A stretch of 64,000 bases of DNA from positions 218,406 through 282,405 of the forward strand of contig NZ_BPIJ01000003.1 in the NCBI RefSeq assembly GCF_026004055.1. Reading direction: 5' to 3'. The stretch is from Meiothermus sp. (lineage in GTDB: Bacteria; Deinococcota; Deinococci; Deinococcales; Thermaceae). Below the pieces are notes generated by a model. The model was not told the origin of the DNA, made no database searches, and saw only the letters and a program-made list of their open reading frames with translations. The translations under genes were made by a program, and so were the position numbers. Positions within the stretch are counted from its first letter, which is position 1; each line of letters begins with the position of its first letter. Shown piece after piece: positions 50,211 through 60,599 of this stretch.

Positions 50211-51029
50211 ATGTGTGCACCTTGTGTGATGGGTCTGGTGGAGAAAAGCCTCAGCCGTCGGGAGCTCCTGGGCGTGGCGGTCGGTATGGCGGCGGTGGCA
50301 GCCAGCAGCGCCCAAGCCCAGAGCCAGGTAGCCGGCAAAGCCTTCAGCAACGTGGCCGATCTGACCCACGTGGTCTCGCCCAGCTTCCCCATGTTCCCCG
50401 GCGCCAGCCCCATGAAGATCACCGAGGTGGTCACGGTCAAGAAGGATGGCTACTACGGCAACACCCTGGAAATCTGGGAACACACCGGCACCCACATGGA
50501 CGCCCCCGCCCATTTTGTGGATGGAGCCGCTACTGCCGACACGCTGCCGGTGAACCGGCTCATTGCCCCCCTGGCCGTCATCAACATCAAGGCCAAGGCC
50601 GACCGCAACCCCGACGCCGAGGTGACCGTAGACGACCTCCTGGCCTGGGAGCGCAGCCACGGGCGGCTACCCAATGGGGCCTTTGTGGCCATGTATTCGG
50701 GCTGGGAAAGCCGGGTCAACGATGCCAAAGCCTATGTCAATCTGGATAGCTCCAATATTCAGCACTACCCCGGTTTCAGCCCCGCTGCAGCCGAGTTTCT
50801 GGTGCGCGAGCGCAACATTGTGGGGGTAGGGGTAGACACCCTATCGCTCGACTTTGGCGCTTCTAAGGACTTCAAAAGCCACGTCACCCTGCTGGGTGCA
50901 GGCAAGTACGGCCTCGAGAACCTGGCCAACCTGGCCTCCGTGCGCCCTAGCGGAGCCATGATTATTGTGGGCGGGCCCAAGCACAAAGGCGCCTCGGGCG
51001 GGCCGAGCCGGGTGATGGCGATCTGGTAG
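50211..51029 (+). CDS. Cyclase/kynurenine-formamidase-like metal hydrolase with Tat signal
   Basis: SRRELL twin-arginine motif, HTGTHMDAPAHF, GVDTLSLD and GLENLANL. Confidence 0.87.
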   Translation: MCAPCVMGLVEKSLSRRELLGVAVGMAAVAASSAQAQSQVAGKAFSNVADLTHVVSPSFPMFPGASPMKITEVVTVKKDGYYGNTLEIWEHTGTHMDAPAHFVDGAATADTLPVNRLIAPLAVINIKAKADRNPDAEVTVDDLLAWERSHGRLPNGAFVAMYSGWESRVNDAKAYVNLDSSNIQHYPGFSPAAAEFLVRERNIVGVGVDTLSLDFGASKDFKSHVTLLGAGKYGLENLANLASVRPSGAMIIVGGPKHKGASGGPSRVMAIW

Positions 51030-51037
51030 CCCGCACC

Positions 51038-52645
51038 TCAGCCGCTCAGCAACAGCAACTGCACCAGCAAAATCTTGAGCAACATGGTGAACGGGTATAC
51101 GGTGGCATAACCCAGGTTGGGCTGGTCGTTACCAGTTTTCTCCAGGGCAAAAGCCAACACCGCTGGCTGGGTCTGGAGCCCTGCCAGCACCCCGCTCAAC
51201 ACGCCCAGGGGAATCTTGAGCACGCGGTAGCCGACCCAAAGGGTCAGCAACGCCGCCCCCAGGGTGATCAGGGCGCCCAGCCCCAGCAACCGCAGCCCTT
51301 CCCCTTGTACCAGAGTTTGCACAAATGCATAGCCGGAGCGGGTGCCGATGCCGGCCAGGAACAGGATGAGCCCCAGCTGACGAAGGGTCAGGTTGGCGCT
51401 GAAGGGAATCTGCCACAGAATGGGGCCGGTGCGCCCCAGCGCCCCCAGTACCAGGCCCACCACCAGCGGCCCGCCGGCAAAACCCAGTTCGAAGGTGCGA
51501 CCCCCAGGCAGGGGCATGGGCAGGCTGCCTAGCAGCAATCCCAGGGCAATCCCCAGGCTAAAACTGACCACATCCACCTCGGCCAGCGCCCGGTAGGAGT
51601 CGCCCAGATAGCGGCTCACCGCCCGAATGCGGTCTTTGGGGCCCACCACCCGCACCCGGTCTCCGAGCTCCAAGGTGGTATCCTTGTCCGGCAAAAACTC
51701 CACCTCGCCCCGGCGCACCCGGGTAATCACCACCCCAAAGCGCTGGGGCAGCTCGAGTTCGGCCAGGCTACGCCCCGCCACCTCGCGGCTGCTCACAAAT
51801 ACCCGGCGAAAATCCAGTGCATGGCGGTCTTCCTCCAATCGCTCCGGCACAGCCGTCCCCAGGGTCTCTACCACCCGCCTCAGTTCGCCGGCGCTACCTA
51901 CCACGTTGAGGCGATCCCCTAGCTGTAATTCGGTGTCGGAGGTGATCACCTGCTGTTTTCCATCACGTTGCAAGCGCCCAAACACCACCCGCCATTTATG
52001 CGCACGGGTCAGTTGTTCGATGGTCCAACCGGCCACCCTGGCCTGGGTGACCTCCACCGTTTGCGAGACCAGCGCCTCCGCCTCGCTCCCCTGGCCACCT
52101 TCCCCCCTACCCCACCAACGCCAGGCCAGGTGCAAGGCCAGCAGCATCCCAATCACCCCCACCGGATAGGCCACCGCATAAGCCGCCACCGGCAACCCCT
52201 GCACTGCTTCGGCAACGCCCCGCCCCTTCAGGGCTTCCAGGGCCGCTGCCAGGGCCGGGGTATTGGTCAGAGCGCCTGCAAACAAACCTGCCTGGAGGGC
52301 ACCGCTGAGGCCTACCACAGAACCAAGCACCGCCACCACCCCGGCCGCCAACCCCAGCACCCCCACCACCAGCAGGTTGTAGCGCAGCCCACGCTTGCCA
52401 AACGAAGCGAAAAAGCCCGGCCCACTGGCCAGCGCAATGGTGTAGACAAACAACACCAGGCCAAACAGGTACACAAAATCTGGCAGTTTGAGTTCGGGCG
52501 AAAGCGCCCCAAAGGCCAGCCCCGCAAACAGGACTGCCGAAACCCCCAAGCTAAAGTTTCCGATGCGAATTTGGCCCAGCAAATAGCCAATCGCCGCCAC
52601 CAAAAAGAGCAACAATAGTGGATTTTCCCTGAGCAGCTCGAGCAT
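51038..52645 (-). CDS. AspT/YidE/YbjL-family antiporter with TrkA-C domains
   Basis: LFVYTIAL..GP.FF, GALTNTPALAAA, GYA.AYP, central RCK-C repeats, GGPL and GLQTQPAVL. Confidence 0.88.
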   Translation of the reverse strand: MLELLRENPLLLLFLVAAIGYLLGQIRIGNFSLGVSAVLFAGLAFGALSPELKLPDFVYLFGLVLFVYTIALASGPGFFASFGKRGLRYNLLVVGVLGLAAGVVAVLGSVVGLSGALQAGLFAGALTNTPALAAALEALKGRGVAEAVQGLPVAAYAVAYPVGVIGMLLALHLAWRWWGRGEGGQGSEAEALVSQTVEVTQARVAGWTIEQLTRAHKWRVVFGRLQRDGKQQVITSDTELQLGDRLNVVGSAGELRRVVETLGTAVPERLEEDRHALDFRRVFVSSREVAGRSLAELELPQRFGVVITRVRRGEVEFLPDKDTTLELGDRVRVVGPKDRIRAVSRYLGDSYRALAEVDVVSFSLGIALGLLLGSLPMPLPGGRTFELGFAGGPLVVGLVLGALGRTGPILWQIPFSANLTLRQLGLILFLAGIGTRSGYAFVQTLVQGEGLRLLGLGALITLGAALLTLWVGYRVLKIPLGVLSGVLAGLQTQPAVLAFALEKTGNDQPNLGYATVYPFTMLLKILLVQLLLLSG

Positions 52646-52705
52646 CCTGTCTCCCCCATCCATCATGCGCCCTGTGTTCGGGACAGATTGCCCCCTGGAA
52701 AAGCA

Positions 52706-52729
52706 AAAATCCCCCTTTGCGGGGGGATT
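52706..52729 (-). terminator. Terminator after nqo15
   Basis: AATCCCCC-loop-GGGGGATT followed by TTTGCTTTT on the minus strand. Confidence 0.7.
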
Positions 52730-52746
52730 GTTCCCAAACTTGCAGC

Positions 52747-53151
<405 letters not shown>

Positions 53152-53347
53152 GGCTCTTAGTTTATCGGTTTGGGGCGACAAAGTCTAAAAACCGCTTAAC
53201 CCTAAAGACGAGGGGCTCGAGTTGACCCGATCTTCTAGCGCTTAGCCCGAGAGCAGGGCAAAACCACCCAAAGCAATTGGGCAAACACCCTCGAGATCGG
53301 AAACAAGTTACACAGGGCGCTAGAGGGTGTACTAGGATAAGGTTCAC

Positions 53348-55147
53348 ATGCGGCCGGAAGACCTCCCCCCCCTGCCTGAGACGCCTGGGGTCTACCTCTG
53401 GAAGGCCGGCGAGAGCGTAATTTATGTGGGCAAGGCCAAAAACCTCAAGGCCCGGGTAAGCAGCTATTTTCATAGCGAGGGCAAAAGCCTGCGGGTCTCC
53501 CAGGAAGCCACCGGCCTCGAGTTTATTGTGGTGCGCGACGAGGTGGAAGCGCTTTTGCTCGAGGCCAATCTGATCAAGCACCACCGCCCGCACTACAACG
53601 TCCTGATGAAGGACGACAAGCACTACCCCTTCCTGAAGCTGACCCACGAGGAGTGGCCCATGCTGATGGTGGTGCGGCGGGTGCAAAACGACGGGGCCCG
53701 CTACTGGGGGCCTTTCCCCGACGCTTCGGCGGTGCGGCGTATCAAGCGCCTGGTGGATCGCTTCTTCCCCCTACGCCAGAACTCCGGTTTCCCCTTCAAG
53801 AAAAGGCGCTACCCCTGCCTCAACCATGCCATGGGCCGCTGCTTAGCCCCTTGCGTGGGCAAGGCCAATCCCGAACAGTACCGGGTAGTGGTGCAGCAGG
53901 TCGAAAACCTACTGGACGGCAAAGTAGAGGCCCTCTACGAAAGCCTAGAAAGGCAGATGCGGGAGGCTGCCCAAAACCAGGATTTCGAGCGAGCGGCGGA
54001 AATCCGCGACCAGTTGGGCGCGGTGCGGAGTTTCTTTGGCACCACCCAGCAAGCCTACGACCCCGAGCTAGGCGACCTGGATTTCCTGGGCTTTGCCCGG
54101 GCGGGCGACTACGCCCTGCTCCAGCACTACCAGATGCGCGGGGGGCAGATGCTCGGGCGTATCAGCCGCTTTGTGGAAGGGGTCAAGGAAGCCAGCGACG
54201 CCGAGCTGTTGGAGGCTTTTTTACGCGACTACTACCTGGAAGCCACCCCCCTCCCCCCCCTGGTGCTGCTGCCCTTTGAGTTAGAAGCCCAGGAGGCTTT
54301 CTCGGCCTTCTTGAGCTCCAAAGGGCGCAAGGTGGAGGTGCGCATTCCCCAGCGCGGCGACAAGACCCGCCTGATCGAGCTGGCCCAACACAACGCCCAG
54401 ACTGCGCTGGAAACCGAACTCAAGGTGCTCGAGCGCAAAGGCGACCACCCCGGCCTCAAGGGACTGATGGAGGTTCTGGGGCTTTCGCGCCGCCCCTACC
54501 GCATCGAGGGTTACGACATCTCGAACCTGCTGGGTGAGAGCGTGGTGGGCTCCATCACCGTATTCGAGGGAGGCCGTCCCAAAAAATCTGAGTACCGCCG
54601 CATCAAAATCAGGGGCCTGCAGGGCCAGCCCGACGACTTTTTCTCCATGGAACAGACCCTCGTGCGGCGGTTTACCGGCAGCCTGGCCGCGAATATGCCC
54701 ATGCCCGACCTGATTCTGATTGACGGCGGCCTGGGTCAGGTACGGGCTGCCAAGAAAGGCCTGGAAAAAGCCGGTCTGGAGATTCCGCTGGTGGGGCTGG
54801 CCAAGCGCGAGGAAACCCTGGTGCTGCCCGACGGTAGAACCATTGCCCTCCCCCTGACCCATCCGGCGCTCCAACTTCTGATCTACCAGCGCGACGAGAC
54901 ACACCGCAACGGGCTCGAGTTCCACCGCAAACTCCGCAACCAGAAAACCCTCAAGAGCATCTTCGACGATATCCCCGGTATTGGCCCGGCCCGCAAGCTG
55001 GCCCTCTTGAACCACTTTTCGACCCTGGAAGAGCTAAAGGCCATGAGCGTAGACGACCTAGCCAGGCTTCCGGGCCTCGACAAACGCAGCGCCCAGGCGG
55101 TGCTGAAAGCCCTGGGCACCCTTGCCTCCGAGGGGTCACGGGGCTAA
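53348..55147 (+). CDS. uvrC: Excinuclease ABC subunit C
   Basis: GIY-YIG (PGVYLWK..IYVGKAKNL), UVR domain, RIEGYDIS, IDGG.GQ, RDE.H and HhH IPGIG. Confidence 0.97.
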   Translation: MRPEDLPPLPETPGVYLWKAGESVIYVGKAKNLKARVSSYFHSEGKSLRVSQEATGLEFIVVRDEVEALLLEANLIKHHRPHYNVLMKDDKHYPFLKLTHEEWPMLMVVRRVQNDGARYWGPFPDASAVRRIKRLVDRFFPLRQNSGFPFKKRRYPCLNHAMGRCLAPCVGKANPEQYRVVVQQVENLLDGKVEALYESLERQMREAAQNQDFERAAEIRDQLGAVRSFFGTTQQAYDPELGDLDFLGFARAGDYALLQHYQMRGGQMLGRISRFVEGVKEASDAELLEAFLRDYYLEATPLPPLVLLPFELEAQEAFSAFLSSKGRKVEVRIPQRGDKTRLIELAQHNAQTALETELKVLERKGDHPGLKGLMEVLGLSRRPYRIEGYDISNLLGESVVGSITVFEGGRPKKSEYRRIKIRGLQGQPDDFFSMEQTLVRRFTGSLAANMPMPDLILIDGGLGQVRAAKKGLEKAGLEIPLVGLAKREETLVLPDGRTIALPLTHPALQLLIYQRDETHRNGLEFHRKLRNQKTLKSIFDDIPGIGPARKLALLNHFSTLEELKAMSVDDLARLPGLDKRSAQAVLKALGTLASEGSRG

Positions 55148-55233
55148 GAGCGGTTCCCACGAATACCCCCAACAGCGGTGTGGGTGGGGGTAAAACACGG
55201 GCCGCCGCAAGGGCAGTGTTTGTGGAAGCGCGA
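55148..55233. repeat. Repeat family B variant inserted at the uvrC stop
   Basis: GAGCGGTTCCCACGAATA...TTTGTGGAAGCGCGA flanked by TAA (uvrC stop) and TAA (55234-55236). Confidence 0.78.
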
Positions 55234-55341
55234 TAAGGAAGGCCTTCATGGCTCCCTCAGCAGGCGAGCAGCGCCCGCTGTAAACTGTCAATCGGTGTAT
55301 TCTTACGCTTGGCTAGACTTGTGGGCTAAGGTTGGGCAAAG

Positions 55342-56283
55342 ATGATCGTCTTGACCGGGGAAATCTTGATTGACCTGATTGGCCGCAACGGGGAAGCCCG
55401 TTCTTCGCTGGCCTATACCGGGGTTCTGGGAGGCTCGGCGCTGAATACCGCCTCGATTCTGGCTCGAGTGGGTGCGCCTACGCGCTTTGTGGGTGAGGTC
55501 GGGCAGGATTTTCTGGGCGACTGGGCCATCGCCCGTATTGCCGAGCGAAAAATTGAAACCCGCTTTATCCAGCAGCTTCCGGGCGTCCCCACCCCCCTGA
55601 GCGTGGCCGAAGTGGATGTCGAGGGCAACGCCCGGTTCAGCTTCTATCGGGCTTTTGGCCCTACCCAGTTTTGCCCCGATAGTGCAGCCATGGCCCGCGC
55701 CAAGTGGTTTCACTTTGGCTCGCTTTCGGCTTTCCATCCCCGCAACGTAGCAGGAATTGAAAATCTGCTGGAAATCGCCCTCGAGCACGATGTGCCGGTC
55801 AGTTTTGACCCCAACTTGCACGCACCGCCTGACGAGACCTACTGGCAACAACTCAAGCGCTACATGCCCTATGTTTCGGTGCTCAAGGCCAGCCTCGACG
55901 ATGCCCGCCTTCTATTCCCCAAGGCTCCGGCCGACCCTCAGGTCTTGCTCGAGCTGCTGGTCGAGCTAGGAGCCCCCATTACGGTGCTCACCCTGGGCGC
56001 TGCCGGCTCCGTCGTAGCCTTCCGTACCCGAATGGTGCGGGTGCCGGCGGTCAGGGTCGCGGTGGTGGATACCATCGGTGCGGGCGATGCCTTCACTGCA
56101 GGCTTAATTTATGGTCTGGTGAAGCAGGAAATAGGCTCGAGGATGGAGCTTTTAGCCTGGGATGGCACCCAGCTTCCGGTCATCCTGTCGTCTTCCAATC
56201 ACCTGGCCGCCATTACCTGTGCGGTGGAGGGGGCGAGTCCGCCCGAACAACCCTTGCACGCCTGGTGGGAGCGTTTTGGATAA
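55342..56283 (+). CDS. PfkB-family (fructokinase-like) carbohydrate kinase
   Basis: GE.LID, GGS..N.A, SFDPN and VDTIGAGDAF motifs. Confidence 0.9.
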   Translation: MIVLTGEILIDLIGRNGEARSSLAYTGVLGGSALNTASILARVGAPTRFVGEVGQDFLGDWAIARIAERKIETRFIQQLPGVPTPLSVAEVDVEGNARFSFYRAFGPTQFCPDSAAMARAKWFHFGSLSAFHPRNVAGIENLLEIALEHDVPVSFDPNLHAPPDETYWQQLKRYMPYVSVLKASLDDARLLFPKAPADPQVLLELLVELGAPITVLTLGAAGSVVAFRTRMVRVPAVRVAVVDTIGAGDAFTAGLIYGLVKQEIGSRMELLAWDGTQLPVILSSSNHLAAITCAVEGASPPEQPLHAWWERFG

Positions 56284-56286
56284 CAG

Positions 56287-56313
56287 AAAAACCCCAGCCT
56301 CGGCTGGGGTCTT
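56287..56313. terminator. Bidirectional terminator between convergent pfkB and malK
   Basis: AAAAACCCCAGCC-TC-GGCTGGGGTCTT. Confidence 0.75.
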
Positions 56314-56328
56314 GGAAGCCAGCTAGTT

Positions 56329-57474
56329 CTATACGCGAGCCGCCGAACGGGTGTCCTGGGCCATGGCGTGACCGATGGCCTTTTCATGGCCATCCACTTC
56401 AAAGGCATGCAGTTTGCCGGTATCCACCAGCAGCTCAACGGTGTCACTGGGCAGCACCATGGCATGGCCGTCTACCTTGGCGGTCAGCATGTTCCCGCCT
56501 ACCTCCACATGCACTTCGGTGTCGGCCCCCAGCGGTTCGACGATCTCCACCCTGCCTTTGACCACATTGTCGCCTTCGGGAATACTAGTCCAGCCCTTGA
56601 GGCCGATGTGTTCGGGGCGAATGCCCATCCAGACCTCTTTGCCGTTGTAGGGCATCAGGCTGGCGCCCAGGGTTCCGTTGGCCTTGACCTTGAAGCCATC
56701 GCCCACAAAGTAGGCGCTGCCGCCCTCGACCTGTACCCTCGAGCGAATGAAGTTCATGGAAGGCGAGCCGATAAAGCCCGCCACAAACTTGGTCTCGGGG
56801 AAGTCGTAGAGGTTCAAGGGGCTATCTACCTGCAAAACCTCGCCGTCCTTCATCACCACAATGCGCTGACCCAAGGTCATGGCCTCGACTTGGTCGTGGG
56901 TCACATAAACGGTGGTGACCCCCAGGCGGCGCTGGAGCTTGGAAATTTCGGCCCGCATCTCCACCCGCAGCTTGGCATCGAGGTTGGAAAGGGGCTCGTC
57001 GAACAAAAACACCTTGGGTTCGCGCACGATGGCCCGGCCCATGGCCACCCGCTGGCGCTGACCGCCGGAGAGTTCGCGGGGCTTGCGATGCAAGAGGTGG
57101 TCAATCTTGATGATGCGGGCCGCTTCTTTTACCCGCCGGTCGATCTCGTCCTTGGGCACCCGGCGCAGCCTCAGGCCAAAGGCCATGTTCTCGTAGACGT
57201 TCATGTGGGGGTAGAGGGCGTAGTTCTGGAAGACCATGGCAATGTCCCGGTCTTTGGGGGGCACGTCGTTCACCAGCCGGTCGCCGATGTAGAGCTTGCC
57301 CTCGGTAATGTCTTCCAAGCCCGCGATCATGCGCAGGGTGGTGGTCTTGCCGCAGCCCGAGGGGCCTACAAAGACCACGAACTCGCCGTCTTCGGTCTCG
57401 AGGTTGAAATCCTTGACCGCCGTGACCTTGTTGCCGTAGCGCTTGTAGACGTGTTCCAGCCGAATTTTCGCCAT
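56329..57474 (-). CDS. malK: Multiple-sugar ABC transporter ATP-binding protein (MalK/MsmK type)
   Basis: GPSGCGKTT, MVFQNYALYPHM, LSGGQRQRVAMGRA, DEPLSNLDAKLR and C-terminal TOBE domain; stand-alone. Confidence 0.92.
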   Translation of the reverse strand: MAKIRLEHVYKRYGNKVTAVKDFNLETEDGEFVVFVGPSGCGKTTTLRMIAGLEDITEGKLYIGDRLVNDVPPKDRDIAMVFQNYALYPHMNVYENMAFGLRLRRVPKDEIDRRVKEAARIIKIDHLLHRKPRELSGGQRQRVAMGRAIVREPKVFLFDEPLSNLDAKLRVEMRAEISKLQRRLGVTTVYVTHDQVEAMTLGQRIVVMKDGEVLQVDSPLNLYDFPETKFVAGFIGSPSMNFIRSRVQVEGGSAYFVGDGFKVKANGTLGASLMPYNGKEVWMGIRPEHIGLKGWTSIPEGDNVVKGRVEIVEPLGADTEVHVEVGGNMLTAKVDGHAMVLPSDTVELLVDTGKLHAFEVDGHEKAIGHAMAQDTRSAARV

Positions 57475-57611
57475 TTTGGCCTCCTGCCTTGGTGCTGTGC
57501 TGCCTTGCAGCACCAGCCTGTACCTGGTTCCCACGCTGTGAGTCACCGCCGTGCGGGCCCATCGGGGATTGCTGGGTACGCCGCCAGTTTAACCGGGGCA
57601 AGGCCCGCACA

Positions 57612-58178
57612 TCAAGCGCCGGCTCCCCCCACGGGTATTCCCTGGTAGAGCCCGTCCAGGCTCACGGCTACGTTGACGCAGGGCAGCCACAAGGCCCCCT
57701 CCTCTACCGCCTCGTAGCGCCAGCCACCGTCTTCCATCCGCCGAAAGATTTCCAGCCTTTTACTAAGCCCAGAAACCAGCACATAGGCCTGCAAACCCGG
57801 CAGCTTCTGATAGGCGAGCAGTTTTTCGCCCCGGTCAATGGCTTCTGTGGAGTCAGAAAGTACCTCCACCACCAAGCATGCGGTTTTCTTGAAGCTCACC
57901 CCCTCGAGGGGCTCTTCACAGGTCACAAACACATCCGGGTAGTAGGCCGCAGAATCCACTTTGAGCAACATGTTTTCGGCAAAAGTCTCGCAACCTGCCT
58001 CTTCGCCAGCATTGAAAATCGTGAGCAAGAAGCGGGTAACCAGGCGGTTGTGGTAGTCGGTTCCGCCCGCCATGGCGAACACGAACCCATCCACAAACTC
58101 ATGCCGGGTCTGGGATTTGGCCTCCAGTTCAAGAAACTCTTCAAAGGTTGCCTGGCCAACAGGGTTCTGCCTGGGCAT
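57612..58178 (-). CDS. Uma2/DUF820-family PD-(D/E)XK nuclease-like protein
   Basis: RHEFVDG..FAMAGG...H, YPDVFVTC and VVEVLSDST..DRGEK..AY. Confidence 0.88.
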   Translation of the reverse strand: MPRQNPVGQATFEEFLELEAKSQTRHEFVDGFVFAMAGGTDYHNRLVTRFLLTIFNAGEEAGCETFAENMLLKVDSAAYYPDVFVTCEEPLEGVSFKKTACLVVEVLSDSTEAIDRGEKLLAYQKLPGLQAYVLVSGLSKRLEIFRRMEDGGWRYEAVEEGALWLPCVNVAVSLDGLYQGIPVGGAGA

Positions 58179-58208
58179 GGCTACAGTGTAGCAAAACCCA
58201 AATAAAGC

Positions 58209-60266
58209 CTAGTCAGTAGCCTCACCGGCTTTGGCGGGCTCGCGTTTGAGGTTCTGCACCACCAGCTCGGAGATGTCCAGCACCCTGGGGGCCTGGCCTT
58301 CGGGCTCTTGGGTGGCTTCCAGGTTCATCATCTGCATACAGAAGGGGCAGCCCACCGCGATGGTTTTGGCCCCGGTTCCCTTGAGCTCGCGGTAGCGGTT
58401 CGTGGAAACCCGCTCGTTGCCCGGCTCTTCTTCCTTCCAGAACTGGGCCCCGCCCGCCCCACAGCAGAAGCTCTCCTTGCCGTGCCGGGGGGGTTCTTGC
58501 AGCTTAAGACCGGTGGCCTGAATGACGTGGCGGGGTTCGGCCAACACCCCGTTGTGCCGGCCCAGGTAGCAGGGGTCGTGGTAGGTGACCTCGCCGGCCA
58601 TGGGGAGGAGCTCGAGCCGCTTAGCGCCAATAAGCTCCGCGATGAACTCGGTGTGGTGCTTTACGGTGTAGACACCGCCAAAGTCCCGGTACTCGTTGGC
58701 CAGGGTGTGGAAGCAATGGGGACAAGTGGTCACGATGGTCTTGGGCCTGGCCTCCATGGCGGCGTTGAGCGTCGCTACGTTCTCGGTGGCAAGCTGCATG
58801 AACAAAAACTCGTTGCCGGCTCGCCGGGCCGCGTCCCCGGTGCACCGCTCCTCCTTGCCCAACACCGCCCAGCTCACCCCGGCCTCGTGCAGGATTTCGG
58901 CAAAGGCCCGGGCGGTTTTTTGGGCCCGGGGGTCGTAGGCGGGAGCGCAGCCCACCCAGTAGAGCACCTCGGCCTCGGGGTTCTGGGAGAGGGTCTTGAC
59001 CTCGAAAGGAAGCCCCTCGGCCCAGGCCAGGCGCTTGTCGGCCCCCAGGTTCCAGGGGTTGCCGTTGCGCTCCATACCCCGGAAGGCGTTGTTGAGTTGG
59101 GTGGGGAACTCGCCCTGCATCATCACCCGCTCACGCCGCACATCCAGGATGTGCAGCATGGGCTCGTTGCCCACCGGGCAGACCTCCACGCAGGCGTTGC
59201 AGGTGGTGCAGGCCCAAAGGGCCTCCTCGTTCAGGGCAAACTCCATCAGGGGCCGTGGGCTCTCCTTGCCGGCGGCAAAATCGGGCAGAATTTGGTTCAG
59301 CTCGTAGCGCTCGCTGATCAGGATGGCCGCCGGGGAGAGGGCTTTGCCGGTGGTGTAGGCCGGGCAAACCTCCTGACAGCGGTTGCACATGATGCAGCTA
59401 TAGGCGTCCAGCAGCCGGGGCCAGGTGAAGTCCTCCAGCCTGGCCACCCCGAACTTCTCCAGCTTCTCCAGCGCTTCAAAGTCCTGGGCGATGGGCAAGA
59501 GGGCCCCCGGCTTTTCCTTTTTGAAGGCCAGGTTCAGAGGGGCCAAGAAGAGGTGGATGTGCTTGGAGCGGGCAAAGTAGGGGATAAAGAGCAGGATGGA
59601 GCCGATGGCGAACCACCAGAAGAGATGCTCGAGGATCACGATGCGATCCACGTCCACCCATAGAAAAAGCCCCGAGGCCAGGCTGGCCACCGGCTGGTAG
59701 GGGTCGGGGCCGTAGTCCAGGTTGGCGGCCTGGGCCGCTTTGTGCAGCAGCCGGCTCCCCACATGGAAGAGGATGAACCCCCCCACGATGGCGCTGTCGG
59801 TGGGGATGCCCTGCCGCACCCGCTCGTGCAGGGGAGTTTTCTCGCTCCAGCTAAAGGTCTTGCGGCCTGCAGGGGAGTAGCGCCGGATTAACAGGCCCAC
59901 GATGCCCACCAGGATCAGAGCGGTGAGGAGGTCGGCCACCAGGTTGTAGCCGTTCCAGAAGCCCCCCCGGGCCTTGAAGGGAAAGAAGCCCTCGAGCACG
60001 TCCACCAGGTTCACGCTCAGGTAGAACACAAAGCCGTAGAACACAAAAGCGTGCAAGAGGCTCACCCAGGGCCGCTTCTTGAAGACCGTCTGCATGGTGA
60101 GGGTCTGCCAGAGGGCCCTACCAAGACGCGCGGGCAGGTGGTCGAAGCGGTCTTCCGGCTGGCCCCGGCGGATGGCCCGGTAGACGCGCAACAGCGCCCC
60201 ACCGCCAAAGTAAAGCGAAGCCAGCACCAGGAGCAAGAAAGCGATTTTTTCGGGGGTGGTCAACAT
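58209..60266 (-). CDS. Membrane-bound Fe-S oxidoreductase (FadF/heterodisulfide-reductase-like, CCG domains)
   Basis: TM N-terminus, CIMCNRCQEVCP, CTTCNACVEVCP, CTGD, YHDPCYLGRHN and CCGAGG. Confidence 0.88.
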   Translation of the reverse strand: MLTTPEKIAFLLLVLASLYFGGGALLRVYRAIRRGQPEDRFDHLPARLGRALWQTLTMQTVFKKRPWVSLLHAFVFYGFVFYLSVNLVDVLEGFFPFKARGGFWNGYNLVADLLTALILVGIVGLLIRRYSPAGRKTFSWSEKTPLHERVRQGIPTDSAIVGGFILFHVGSRLLHKAAQAANLDYGPDPYQPVASLASGLFLWVDVDRIVILEHLFWWFAIGSILLFIPYFARSKHIHLFLAPLNLAFKKEKPGALLPIAQDFEALEKLEKFGVARLEDFTWPRLLDAYSCIMCNRCQEVCPAYTTGKALSPAAILISERYELNQILPDFAAGKESPRPLMEFALNEEALWACTTCNACVEVCPVGNEPMLHILDVRRERVMMQGEFPTQLNNAFRGMERNGNPWNLGADKRLAWAEGLPFEVKTLSQNPEAEVLYWVGCAPAYDPRAQKTARAFAEILHEAGVSWAVLGKEERCTGDAARRAGNEFLFMQLATENVATLNAAMEARPKTIVTTCPHCFHTLANEYRDFGGVYTVKHHTEFIAELIGAKRLELLPMAGEVTYHDPCYLGRHNGVLAEPRHVIQATGLKLQEPPRHGKESFCCGAGGAQFWKEEEPGNERVSTNRYRELKGTGAKTIAVGCPFCMQMMNLEATQEPEGQAPRVLDISELVVQNLKREPAKAGEATD

Positions 60267-60359
60267 GGGGCTCCCTTCAAGCAAAAATTGTACTGGGTAT
60301 AAGTTTATCTGCCCCCCGGGCCGGAATCAAGTACAGATCCTCGACGTACAATGCGGGTC

Positions 60360-60599
60360 ATGAATACCTTTGTGCTGGCTTGGGTTTTGCTGCTGGTGTT
60401 TGCAGCCTTCAACAACTACATCATCTACCGCCTGCTGCGCGAGCGCAACCGCACCGATTTGATGTGGATTGGGGTGGTGGCCACGGTGGTTCCCGTAGCG
60501 CTTTTTGCCCTATGGCCGGGAGCCTACACCCTCATGTCGTTTCCGCTGATACAGAGCTTGGGAATGTTGGCCATCATGCGTTTAGCCCAGCGGCGCTAG
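60360..60599 (+). CDS. Small hypothetical membrane protein
   Basis: Three hydrophobic segments; TACAAT 7 nt before ATG 60360. Confidence 0.7.
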   Translation: MNTFVLAWVLLLVFAAFNNYIIYRLLRERNRTDLMWIGVVATVVPVALFALWPGAYTLMSFPLIQSLGMLAIMRLAQRR

